64,000 bases of DNA. Origin: an uncultured delta proteobacterium. GTDB lineage: Bacteria > Myxococcota_A > Polyangia > Polyangiales > B10-G4. The notes beneath the pieces were generated by a model. It was not told where the DNA came from and did not search any database. It saw only the letters and a list, made by a program, of their open reading frames with translations. The DNA is taken from the NCBI GenBank assembly GCA_963727445.1, contig CAVSGI010000002.1, positions 147,494-211,493 on the forward strand, read 5' to 3'. Of the stretch, positions 30,119 through 39,777 are shown in pieces. Every line of letters starts with the position of its first letter. Position 1 is the stretch's first letter. Both the position numbers and the translations under genes were made by a program.

Positions 30119-30711
30119 CCAGCGGCGACGAAACATTGGAGCTCGATCCCTTCCTGCGAGAGCTCGCGGAAGCGGGTGTGAGCGAAGCGGAGGCGATGGA
30201 GGTTCTCCTCGATTCCCTCGAGCCAGCCCCGCTGCCGGCGACCTTACGCGCGCGCATCCTCGAAGCGACGCGCACCGAGAGTCGCTTCGCGTCTTTCACG
30301 GCGCAGGTCGCGAAGCTCGTCGACGTCACGGTGGACACCGCGAAGGAGCTGCTCCTCGGCATCGACCGCGAAGAGAGCTGGGGCCCCGCAGCCGTGCCCG
30401 CGATGCTTCTCTACAACTTCGACGGCGGCCCCGCCGTCGCCAATGCCATCGCCGGCTTCGTCCGCATGCCTGCAGGCAGCTCGTTTCCACTTCACTCGCA
30501 CCTCGGCGAAGAGACGGTGTTGGTGCTCCAAGGCCGCTACCGAGAGAACGACGGCCGCATCGTGGGCCCCGGCGAAACCAGGGTCAGCACCACCGAAACC
30601 CACCACTCCTTCGAGGTCCTCGAAGGCGCCGAGCTCATCTACCTGGTCGTCGCCCAGAACGGCATCGAGATCGGCGACAGGACCTTCGGTCCCGACGACC
30701 CGACGATGTAG
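30115..30711 (+). CDS. Putative anti-sigma factor with ChrR-like cupin
   Basis: GTGA overlap with sigma gene; LRARIL; FPLHSHLGEETVLVLQG...HHS. Confidence 0.78.
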   Translation: MTSGDETLELDPFLRELAEAGVSEAEAMEVLLDSLEPAPLPATLRARILEATRTESRFASFTAQVAKLVDVTVDTAKELLLGIDREESWGPAAVPAMLLYNFDGGPAVANAIAGFVRMPAGSSFPLHSHLGEETVLVLQGRYRENDGRIVGPGETRVSTTETHHSFEVLEGAELIYLVVAQNGIEIGDRTFGPDDPTM

Positions 30712-30715
30712 CGCT

Positions 30716-31369
30716 CTAATAGTCGACCCAGGCTTGTTCGACCTGAGCGCCTTCGAGCGCGGGGGTGACGATGGTGTAGTGAGCCACGCGACCCTCGGGA
30801 GCCTCGCCCACCGAGCCGACGTTCACGATGCGCACGTCGTCGATGGTTCGATCGAAGGGAACGTGCGTGCCGCCACAGAGGAAGAGGTCCGCGGGATTTC
30901 CGTCGACGAGGGCGAGGACCTCCGCTTCGGTCATGTCGTGCGACATCTCGACGTGGTGGTTCGCGGGAGACCCGTGGCTCATCACCAGCTCGCGGCCATC
31001 GAGCATCGGGATGCGCAGGGTCTCCGGCAGCGTGCGGAGCTGCTGGAGCACCAGATCACCCACCGCGTTGCGGGTACGCACGAAACGCGCGAGGCGCGCC
31101 TTCGCGTCCTCGGTGAGGGCTTCGAGCTTGTCCGGGTCCATGGTGGCCAGGGCCTCGTCGCTCGGGCCCACGGTGCACCGCGCATCGCGAGACATCAGCC
31201 GCCGCCAGACCTCGAGGGGCGCGTCGCCGCCGAGGAGATGATCGCCGAGGGCGAAGATGTCGCGCACACCACGGCGATCGAGCTCCTCGAGAACCGCGTC
31301 GAGCGCTTCGAGGTTGCCGTGGATGTCCGAGAGGAAGGCCATCGGACGAGCTGCGAGAGGAGTGGCCAT
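30716..31369 (-). CDS. Calcineurin-like metallophosphoesterase family protein (degenerate motifs)
   Basis: SDIHGNLEALDAVL, LGD, SHGSP, VNVGSVG. Confidence 0.85.
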   Translation of the reverse strand: MATPLAARPMAFLSDIHGNLEALDAVLEELDRRGVRDIFALGDHLLGGDAPLEVWRRLMSRDARCTVGPSDEALATMDPDKLEALTEDAKARLARFVRTRNAVGDLVLQQLRTLPETLRIPMLDGRELVMSHGSPANHHVEMSHDMTEAEVLALVDGNPADLFLCGGTHVPFDRTIDDVRIVNVGSVGEAPEGRVAHYTIVTPALEGAQVEQAWVDY

Positions 31370-31430
31370 GGCGATTTCGGGGCCGGAGCTTAGCGCTCGC
31401 GGAGCGCGGCGCTAGTGCCGGCGCGAAGCC

Positions 31431-32709
31431 TCATTCCGCGGCGACCGGGCCGGTCTCCCGGATCTCGACCCGTCGAATGGCTTTTTCGTCCCCTTCACGG
31501 ACGGTGAGCTGATAGCTGCCCGCGACGACGTGCTCGCCGACCGCTGGGACGTGCCCGGCCAGATCGATCATCATGCCGCCGACCGAGTCGTAGTCCCCCT
31601 CCTCGTCGCGGATCCGAACCCCGAGCTCCTCCTCGAGGTCGTAGACGGAGAGGCCCGCGTCCACCAGGAAGCGCCCCGGCTCGAGCTCTTCCACGCGGGT
31701 GTCCTCCTCGTCGTGCTCGTCTTCGATCTCGCCGACGATCTCCTCGAGGATGTCCTCGAGGGTCACCACGCCGGCGACCCCTCCGAACTCGTCGAGGACC
31801 ACGGCGAGGTGGATGCGCCGCGACTGCATCTCGCGCAGGAGCGCCCCGATCTTCTGGCTCTCGGAGGCGAAGAAGACCGGGCTGCGGATCAGGTCCTCGA
31901 CGAGCACCTCCTCGCCGTCCTCCTTCTGGAGAAGGCCGAAGAAGATCCTTCGCGTAGAGAATGCCGACGACGTTGTCGATCCGTTCGCGGTAGATCGGAT
32001 AGCGGCTGTGTCCCTCCTCCACGACGAGAGACGCCACGTCCACAGCCTTCTGTGCGGCTTCGAAAGCCACCATCTGAGTGCGCGGCACCATCACTTCGTG
32101 GGCGACGGTGTTCTTGAACTCGAGGACACTGCGAAGGAGCTCGGCGTGATCCTGCGCGAGGGCGCCTTCTTTCTCGCCTTCGGCGATGACCCGCTCGAGA
32201 CCGATCACCGTGACGCGCTCCGGGTCGGCGCCGGGCACCGAGTCCATCTGACGCTCGAGCATCTCGCCCAGCAGGTGCACGGGGAAGGTGAAAGGGATCA
32301 CCAGAACCTCGAGGGGCCGGAAGTACTTGAGCATCGCCAGCGCCCAGGTGCCGGCCCGTTGGGCGGCGACGGTCGACAGGATCTCGGCCAGCACCGAGTA
32401 CACGAGGCCCACCAACGCCGCGGCGCCGGCCACCACGCCAACGCCTCCGAAGTCGGAAGCCACGTACACGGTCACCACCGCACCGCTCGTCAGACAAAGC
32501 ACCCGACCCGTGCGCAGGCGCGCACGGATCCGGTCGAGCTGCCTCAGGGCGCGCGCCGCCACGGAGGCGTAGCGGCCCCCCTCGTCCGAGACCGCCTTGA
32601 GCCTGACCACGCCAAGCGCGAGGAGGCCCGCGTCGAGGGCCGAAAAAGCCGCGCCGACCACGACGGTCACGACGATGACGGCGATTTGCGTACTTAGTGG
32701 GTCTTCCAA
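31431..32709 (-). CDS. CNNM/CBS/CorC (HlyC-like) protein (apparent frameshift near 31945)
   Basis: TM N-terminus, EVMVPRTQM, GHSRYPIY, AVVLDEFGGVAGVVTLEDILEEIVGEIEDEHD. Confidence 0.9.
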
Positions 32710-32932
32710 CTCTGCTCGCCCCGGCCGCCTTTTCCTGGCTCGTGCCCCCTGGCCGAAACGCTCATTCGAGCGTAGCCAGGCCCTTCGTCGGTCGCAAGGC
32801 CCCCCGACGACGAGGAGCATCGAATGCTCCCGGAAAGCCCATAGGAGCAGAACCTGTTCCAGCACCCCCGTGGAACTTCGTTTGGTTTTCGAGGCTCTGG
32901 CCGCGGAACGCTTCTTGCGCTCTTCCCGTCAC

Positions 32933-34576
32933 ATGCGGCTCCCCACGCTTCTTGGCGCATTTTGCGTTCCGCTCCTCGTCGCGTGCAATGGCCTCATCGG
33001 CGACCCCGGAGTGACCCCGGGTGAGGACCCGTCGCGGCGGGGGCCGGGGGATGGGCCCAGCCTCTGTGAGCTCCAGATCCCCGACGGGGCCCTGTCCCGC
33101 CTGACCCGCGCCCAGTACGACAACACGGTGCGGGACCTCCTCGGCACGACCGGCAATCCGGCCGAAGGCTTCCCCGCGGACGACAACACCCAGGGCTTCG
33201 AGGTGGGTCTCACCGTCCCCGCGGTGCTCGCCGAACAGTACTTCGACACTGCCGAGACCCTCGCGGAGGCGGCCGTCGCCGATCTCGAGAGCCTTCTGCC
33301 CTGCGATCCGGCCACCGGCGAGGACGCCTGCGCCGCCGAGTTCGTCGACGAGTTCGGGATGAAGGCCTTCCGCCGCCCCCTCACCGAGGACGAGCGGACG
33401 CGCCTCATGGGCCTGTTCACCACCGGCCGCGACGCCTACGACTTCAGCACCGGCATCCAGATGGTGGTGCACGCCGCGCTGACCTCGTCGCATTTCATCT
33501 ATCACGTCGAGCTCTCGCCCGAAGCCACACCCGGAGAGATCGCGCGGGTGAAGGGCTACGAGATGGCGAGCCGCCTCAGCTACTTCCTGTGGAACACCAT
33601 GCCCGACGACGCGCTCTTCGCGGCGGCCGCGGCAGGTGAGCTCGATACTGCGGAGGGCGTGGAAGCGCAGGCCCGCCGCATGGTGATGGACCCGCGGATG
33701 GGCGACGGTCTCGGCAACTTCACCCGGCAGTGGCTGCACCTCGACGGCTTCGCCACCCTCGACAAGGACACCGCCCTCTTCCCCGACTGGGACGGTGCGC
33801 TCGCCGACGACCTGCGCGCCTCCGTCGAGGAGTACATCCGCTACGTGGTCCTCGAGGGTGATGGAAGCGTCGAGGGGCTGCTCACGGGACGCGTGGCCTT
33901 CGTCAACGATCGCATCGCGCCCATCTACGGTCTGACTGGGAGCTACGGTCCCGAGCTCGAGCTCGTCGAGCTTCCCGCCGGCGAGCGCCAGGGGCTTCTG
34001 ACGCAGCCTGGCCTTCTGGCCCTGCTCGCGAAGACCAACCAGAGCAATCCCATCCATCGCGGCAAGTTCGTTCGCGAGCGTCTCTTCTGCCAGAACCTGC
34101 CTCCGCCCCCCGAAGACCTCGTCATCACTGCGCCCGATCCCGCGCCCGGGCTCTCGACCCGCGAGCGCTTCGCCGAGCACTCGAGCAACCCGGGGTGTGT
34201 GGAGTGCCACCAGCTGATGGACCCCATCGGCTTCGGCTTCGAGAGCTTCGATGCCCTCGGACGCTTCCGTGCCGAGGACGACGGCCGTCCGGTGGACGCC
34301 ACCGGCGAGATCCTCGGCACCGACGACGCGGACGGGCCCTTCGACGGAGTGCCCGAGCTCGCAGACCGTCTGGCGGGCAGCCAGCAGGTGCACGAATGTG
34401 TGACCCGGCAGTTCTTCCGCTACTCCGTGCAGCGGGTGGAGACCTCCCAGGAACAATGTGGGCTCGACGAGCTCTTCGACGTGGCGGCCGACACGGACTG
34501 GAACATTCGTGAGATGCTCGTTCACATCACCCAGACCGATGGGTTCGCCTATCGGCACGTTCTGGAGGGCCTCTGA
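32933..34576 (+). CDS. DUF1592/DUF1588-type lipoprotein with CxxCH motif
   Basis: LVAC lipobox; RLTRAQYDNTVRDLL, AFRRP, ASRLSYFLWNTMPD, PIHRG, CVECH, DPIGFGFE. Confidence 0.88.
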   Translation: MRLPTLLGAFCVPLLVACNGLIGDPGVTPGEDPSRRGPGDGPSLCELQIPDGALSRLTRAQYDNTVRDLLGTTGNPAEGFPADDNTQGFEVGLTVPAVLAEQYFDTAETLAEAAVADLESLLPCDPATGEDACAAEFVDEFGMKAFRRPLTEDERTRLMGLFTTGRDAYDFSTGIQMVVHAALTSSHFIYHVELSPEATPGEIARVKGYEMASRLSYFLWNTMPDDALFAAAAAGELDTAEGVEAQARRMVMDPRMGDGLGNFTRQWLHLDGFATLDKDTALFPDWDGALADDLRASVEEYIRYVVLEGDGSVEGLLTGRVAFVNDRIAPIYGLTGSYGPELELVELPAGERQGLLTQPGLLALLAKTNQSNPIHRGKFVRERLFCQNLPPPPEDLVITAPDPAPGLSTRERFAEHSSNPGCVECHQLMDPIGFGFESFDALGRFRAEDDGRPVDATGEILGTDDADGPFDGVPELADRLAGSQQVHECVTRQFFRYSVQRVETSQEQCGLDELFDVAADTDWNIREMLVHITQTDGFAYRHVLEGL

Positions 34577-35928
34577 TGAAGCGGCGATGGAAGCTCACCC
34601 GACGTGGATTCGTACGGAACGTCGCGGCCGCCGGAGCCGGCGCCGCCGCCCTGCCCTTCCTCACCAGCGGCGGCAAGGTCGCCTCTGCCGCCGACGGGTT
34701 CCCCACTCGTTTCATCGTCTTCTTCTCGCCCAACGGCTCCATCCCCAGCGAGTGGAGCCCCGACGGGGGCGAGACCGACTTCACGATGCGGCGCATCCTC
34801 GCGCCTCTCGAGCCCTACCGGGACAAGCTCCTGATCCTCGACGGGATCGACGGGCGTTCGACCTCTTCGGGCCCCGGGGACGGCCACCAGAAGGGCATGG
34901 GTCACATGCTCACGGGGCGCGAGCTCTTGCCGGGTGACACCGGCGGCGGCTGCGACAGCTGCGCGCCCGTCTCCTGGGCGAGCGGCATCTCGGTCGATCA
35001 GGACATCGCGAACCACATCGGCGGAGACACCGCCTTCCGCAGCCTCGAGCTCGGCGTGCGCAACGGCAACAGCAACAACGTGTGGACGCGCATGTGCTAC
35101 CGCGGCGCCTCCGAGCCGCTCCCGCCGGATGACGATCCCTACGCGGTCTTCGAGCGTGTCTTCGGCGATCTCACGGCGGATCCCTTCGGCCTCGAGCGAC
35201 GTCGCGCCATGCGCCAGAGCGTCGTGGACTACCTGAACCAGGACTACGCCGACCTTCAGAGCCGCGTCGCACGTGAAGACGCGCTCCGCATGGAGCAGCA
35301 CATCCAGGGCATCCGCGACATCGAGCGACGCTTGACCGCCGGCAACCTCGGCGCCTCCTGCGCCGCGCCGGACCTCGGCGGCCGCATCGATCTCAGCGAC
35401 ATCAACAACATGCCGGCGATCGGGACGATGCAGATGGATCTCGCCACCATGGCGCTGGCCTGCGATCTCACGCGGGTGGTGTCGCTGCAGTGGACGAACT
35501 CGGTCGGCGGCGCAGCCTCGCCCTGGCTCGGCATCAGCGAGGGCCATCACAGCCTCTCCCACGAGGGCGACAGCAACACCGACGCGGTCGACAAGCTTGT
35601 GCGGATCAACACCTGGTACGCGGAGCAGTTCGCTTATCTGATCCAGCAGCTCGAGAGCGTGCCCGAGGGTGACGGAACGCTCCTCGACAACACCTGCATG
35701 ATCTGGGTGAACGAGCTTGGCAAGGGCAACTCCCACACCCGCAACGACCTGCCCCTCGTCATGGCGGGGAGCGCCGGCGGCTACTTCCGCACCGGCCGCT
35801 GCCTCCGCTACGGCGACACCCCGCACAACGATCTGTTGGTCACCCTCACCAACGCCTATGGCGTCGAGCAGGAGACCTTCGGCGATACCCGCTTCTGCAA
35901 CGGCCCGCTCACCGAGCTCCTGGCCTGA
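34576..35928 (+). CDS. DUF1552 protein with Tat signal
   Basis: LTRRGFVR; FFSPNG, ISVDQ.IA, SLELG, ALACDLTRV, HHSLSH, PEGDGTLLDNT. Confidence 0.88.
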   Translation: MKRRWKLTRRGFVRNVAAAGAGAAALPFLTSGGKVASAADGFPTRFIVFFSPNGSIPSEWSPDGGETDFTMRRILAPLEPYRDKLLILDGIDGRSTSSGPGDGHQKGMGHMLTGRELLPGDTGGGCDSCAPVSWASGISVDQDIANHIGGDTAFRSLELGVRNGNSNNVWTRMCYRGASEPLPPDDDPYAVFERVFGDLTADPFGLERRRAMRQSVVDYLNQDYADLQSRVAREDALRMEQHIQGIRDIERRLTAGNLGASCAAPDLGGRIDLSDINNMPAIGTMQMDLATMALACDLTRVVSLQWTNSVGGAASPWLGISEGHHSLSHEGDSNTDAVDKLVRINTWYAEQFAYLIQQLESVPEGDGTLLDNTCMIWVNELGKGNSHTRNDLPLVMAGSAGGYFRTGRCLRYGDTPHNDLLVTLTNAYGVEQETFGDTRFCNGPLTELLA

Positions 35929-35999
35929 GACCCCGTCAGAGCCCGACTCGCCCTTGACACCTTCGAGGCGTTAGCCGCGAATTGGAGGCGGAGGCTTTC

Positions 36000-38420
36000 A
36001 TGCGCGCTTGGATTCGGTCGTTCTCCGTCTTGCTCATCCTCAGCGTGGTCGGTTGCGACTGCGGCGATTCCACGAACCCCGACGGAGGCGCGGACGCCGC
36101 GCCGGACGGGATGGCCGACGCCACCATGGACGCGACACCGGACGCGACCATGGACGCCTGTGGGGCCGGCGAGACGGACTGCGACGGGGCCTGCGTCGAC
36201 ACGACCGCCGACCCCGCGAACTGCGGAGCGTGCGGAACGACCTGCCCGAGCGGTTTCTGCGACGACGGCGGGTGTCGCGGCTGTCCGGCGGGCGAACGCG
36301 ACTGCGACGGGATGTGCACCAACCCGCTGAGCGATCCGATGAACTGCGGCGGATGCGGCGTGGCCTGCGCGGCCGGCGAAGTCTGCTCGGTGGGCGCGTG
36401 CGCGGACGCCTGCGCCTCCGGCCTCACCGACTGTGGGGGCGCATGTGTGGACACCGGATCGGACACGGCCAACTGCGGCGGCTGTGGCACTGCTTGCGCG
36501 TCGGGCCAGCTCTGCGTTGCGTCAAGCTGCGAGTGCCCGGGGGGCGGCATGCTCTGCGGCGACACCTGCACGAACACCGGCACCGACCCGATGAACTGCG
36601 GCGGATGCGGCACGACTTGCGCGATGGGTGAGGTGTGCAGCGCGGGCTCCTGCACCGCGATGTGCCCCTCGGCAACCGCGGATTGCAGCGGCGCCTGCGT
36701 CGACACCTCGAGCGACGAGGCCAACTGCGGCGCCTGCGACATGGCCTGCACCCCCGGCCAGCTCTGCACCTCGGGCACCTGCGGCTGTGCGGCGCCCGCC
36801 ACGGACTGCTCCGGCGTCTGCGTGAACACGGACGCGGACCCGACGAACTGCGGCGCCTGCGGCAACGCCTGCGCCGCGGGCGAGACCTGCGCGCGCGGCA
36901 GCTGCACCACCAGCTGCCCCTCTGGCGAGACCAGCTGCGCAGGGGCCTGCGTCGACACCCTCACCGACGCTGCGCACTGCGGCGGATGCGGGATCGCCTG
37001 CGGCCCCGACGAGCGCTGTAACGCCGGCGCCTGCGAGTGCATCCCCGGGCTCCTCGCCTGCGCGGGGAGCTGCGTCGATCCGCAGACGAACCCGATGCAC
37101 TGCGGCGGATGCGGGGTGGCCTGCGCGGCCGGCGAGGTGTGCACCCTCGGCAGCTGCACCAGCACCTGCCCCATGGGCACCACCGACTGCATGGGCGCCT
37201 GCGTCGACACGCTCACCGACACGGGCAACTGCGGCGCCTGCGGCAACGTCTGCGCCGCCGGCGCGTTCTGTAGCGCCGGCGCTTGCGTCTGCCCGACCGG
37301 GACCACCGAGTGCGACGGGGCCTGTGTCGACCTCATCAGCGACCCGACCAACTGCGGCGCCTGCGGCAACGTCTGCGCGACCGACGAGTCCTGCGGCTTC
37401 GGGACGTGCTTCGGGATGTGCCCCATCGGCCAATCGGACTGCGCGGGTTCGTGTGCGGACACGCAGTTCGATCCAACGAACTGCGGGATGTGCGGCACCT
37501 CCTGCGGGCCGACTCAGGCCTGTCAGGGCGGCGAGTGTCGCTGCGGGAGCGGCAAGACCGACTGCAGCGGCGTGTGCGTCGACACCGGCACCGATCCGGC
37601 GAACTGCGGCGGCTGCGGGACGACCTGCGCCGCCGGCGAGTTCTGCTCGGGCGGCGCGTGCGTCGGCATGTGCGCCACCGACACCACCACCTGCGGCAGC
37701 TCCTGCGTGAATCTCAACAGCGACGAGTTCAACTGCGGCGCGTGCGGCACCGTCTGCAGCCCGAGCGAGAACTGCGTCGCGGGCAGCTGTGGCTGCTCGG
37801 GAGACCTCGTCTCCTGCGGTCGTTCCTGCAAGGACCTGAGCTCGAACCGCAACCACTGCGGCGCCTGCTTCCACGCCTGCGCTGACGGCGAGTTCTGTAG
37901 CGATGGCGCGTGCGTCACCGACGGGTGCCGGGGCGGCCGGGTCGACTGTGGCGGCTCCTGCGTCCGGACCGATCGCGACCCGCTCAACTGCGGCGGCTGC
38001 GGCGTCACCTGCGCCGTCGGCGAGTTCTGCGTCGACTCCGCATGTGTGCCCTGCCCGCGCGGCGAGACCGACTGCGGCGGCGGCGTATGCGCCGACCTCA
38101 CCAGCGATGCGATGAACTGCGGCATGTGCGGTACGGCCTGCGCCATGGGTGAGATCTGCTCCAACAGCATGTGCTGCGCCATGGGCGAGACCGCCTGCAT
38201 GGGCACCTGCACAGACACGAGCGCCGACACCATGAACTGCGGCGGCTGCGGTACGGCCTGCGCCATGGGTGAGGTCTGCTCGACCGGTACCTGCTGCGCC
38301 ATGGGCGAGACCGCCTGCATGGGCACCTGCACAGACACGAGCGCCGACACCATGAACTGCGGCATGTGCGGGAACGCCTGCGCCTCCACCGAGACGTGCA
38401 CCAGCGGCGTCTGCGGCTGA
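36000..38420 (+). CDS. Cys-rich repeat lipoprotein (18 copies of a D.xNCG.CG..C module)
   Basis: VVGCDC lipobox; 18 counted (N/H)CGxC units of about 40 aa; no catalytic domain visible. Confidence 0.88.
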   Translation: MRAWIRSFSVLLILSVVGCDCGDSTNPDGGADAAPDGMADATMDATPDATMDACGAGETDCDGACVDTTADPANCGACGTTCPSGFCDDGGCRGCPAGERDCDGMCTNPLSDPMNCGGCGVACAAGEVCSVGACADACASGLTDCGGACVDTGSDTANCGGCGTACASGQLCVASSCECPGGGMLCGDTCTNTGTDPMNCGGCGTTCAMGEVCSAGSCTAMCPSATADCSGACVDTSSDEANCGACDMACTPGQLCTSGTCGCAAPATDCSGVCVNTDADPTNCGACGNACAAGETCARGSCTTSCPSGETSCAGACVDTLTDAAHCGGCGIACGPDERCNAGACECIPGLLACAGSCVDPQTNPMHCGGCGVACAAGEVCTLGSCTSTCPMGTTDCMGACVDTLTDTGNCGACGNVCAAGAFCSAGACVCPTGTTECDGACVDLISDPTNCGACGNVCATDESCGFGTCFGMCPIGQSDCAGSCADTQFDPTNCGMCGTSCGPTQACQGGECRCGSGKTDCSGVCVDTGTDPANCGGCGTTCAAGEFCSGGACVGMCATDTTTCGSSCVNLNSDEFNCGACGTVCSPSENCVAGSCGCSGDLVSCGRSCKDLSSNRNHCGACFHACADGEFCSDGACVTDGCRGGRVDCGGSCVRTDRDPLNCGGCGVTCAVGEFCVDSACVPCPRGETDCGGGVCADLTSDAMNCGMCGTACAMGEICSNSMCCAMGETACMGTCTDTSADTMNCGGCGTACAMGEVCSTGTCCAMGETACMGTCTDTSADTMNCGMCGNACASTETCTSGVCG

Positions 38421-38496
38421 GCTCCCCCGCCGAATTGTTGCGCTGGCGGCGCCCCGTCGTTTACCTCTGAGGGAGGTTCGGGCATAGTCCCGCGCC

Positions 38497-38937
38497 ATGG
38501 CCAGCTTGCGGGACGCCTTTGCCTCCGAAGACAAGAAGCAGATCGTGATCGACGAGTGTCTCCAGATCCTCGATCAGGAAGTCGCCGACAAGTCGGGGAT
38601 CAGCGGAATGGCGATCAAGGCCGGATTCAAGGCCGTCAAGGGCATCCGCCCCGGCTTCATCCGGCAGGTCGTCCACGATCTGTTGCCCGAGTTCGCGGAT
38701 GCGCTCGACCCGATGTATCAGGAAGCGATCGAGAGCGACAAAGAGGTCGGTAAGTACCTCGTCGACAACTCGGGCCGCGCGGCCGACGCGCTCCTCGCCA
38801 TCACCGACAACAAAGCGGTGAAGTCGAAGAACAGGCTCGTGAAGAAGACCTACGAAAAGCTCCGCGGCCAGGCGAAGAAGAACGTCGAAGCCGCCATGCC
38901 GCGCCTGGGCAAGCTGATCGAGAAGCACGGCGAATAG
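38497..38937 (+). CDS. Hypothetical helical protein (DUF6918-like)
   Basis: EVADKSGISGMAIKAGFK, LLPEFADALDP, ADALLAITD; family name from recollection. Confidence 0.75.
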   Translation: MASLRDAFASEDKKQIVIDECLQILDQEVADKSGISGMAIKAGFKAVKGIRPGFIRQVVHDLLPEFADALDPMYQEAIESDKEVGKYLVDNSGRAADALLAITDNKAVKSKNRLVKKTYEKLRGQAKKNVEAAMPRLGKLIEKHGE

Positions 38938-38949
38938 CTTTGGGGTGGC

Positions 38950-39774
38950 CCACTCCCGGCTCCGCGCCGCCTGCGCTGCGGACCGCCTTCGGGCGCTCTG
39001 CGCCCTGCGGCGTTCCTCCGCTCCGGCGCCGCTCCGCCTTCTCCTAGGCTGGACCACTCCCGGCTCCGCGCCGCCTGCGCTGCGGACCGCCTTCGGGCGC
39101 TTCGCGCCCTGCGGCGTTCCTCCGCTCCGGCGCCGCTCCGCCTTCTCCTAGGGGGGACCACTCCCGGCTCCGCGCCGCCTGCGCTGCGGACCGCCTCCGG
39201 GCGCTCTGCGCCCTGCGGCGTTCCTCCGCTCCGGCGCCGCTCCGCCTTCTCCTAGGGGGGACCACTCCCGGCTCCGCGCCGCCTGCGCTGCGGACCGCCT
39301 TCGGGCGCTCTCGCGCCCTGCGGCGTTCCTCCGCTCCGGCGCCGCTCCGCCTTCTCCTAGGGGGGACCACTCCCGGCTCCGCGCCGCCTGCGCTGCGGAC
39401 CGCCTCCGGGCGCTCTGCGCCCTGCGGCGCTCCTCCGCTCCGGCGCCGCTCCGCCTTCTCCTAGGGGGGACCACTCCCGGCTCCGCGCCGCCTGCGCTGC
39501 GGACCGCCTTCGGGCGCTCTGCGCCCTGCGGCGTTCCTCCGCTCCGGCGCCGCTCCGCCTTCTCCTAGGGGGGACCACTCCCGGCTCCGCGCCGCCTGCG
39601 CTGCGGACCGCCTCCGGGCGCTCTGCGCCCTGCGGCGTTCCTCCGCTCCGGCGCCGCTCCGCCTTCTCCTAGGGGGGCCCACTCCCGGCTCCGCGCCGCC
39701 TGCGCTGCGGACCGCCTCCGGGCGCTTCGCGCCCTGCGGCGGTCCTCCGCTCCGGCGCCGCTCCGCCTTCTCCT
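38950..39774. repeat. Tandem array of eight 104-bp (one 105-bp) near-identical hairpin units
   Basis: Unit starts ccactcccggctccgcg at 38950, 39054, 39158, 39262, 39367, 39471, 39575, 39679. Confidence 0.97.
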
Positions 39775-39777
39775 TGG

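Noticed and set aside
36000..38420. Multiheme cytochrome or polyferredoxin
   Set aside because: No CxxCH; secreted regular Cys modules fit disulfide-bonded repeats
38461..39578. Repeated MVPPRRRRSGAGAEERR ORFs
   Set aside because: Translation artefacts of a 104-bp unit cycling through frames
38950..39774. CRISPR or guide-RNA array
   Set aside because: Units are contiguous and near-identical with no unique spacers; no cas-like gene in the window
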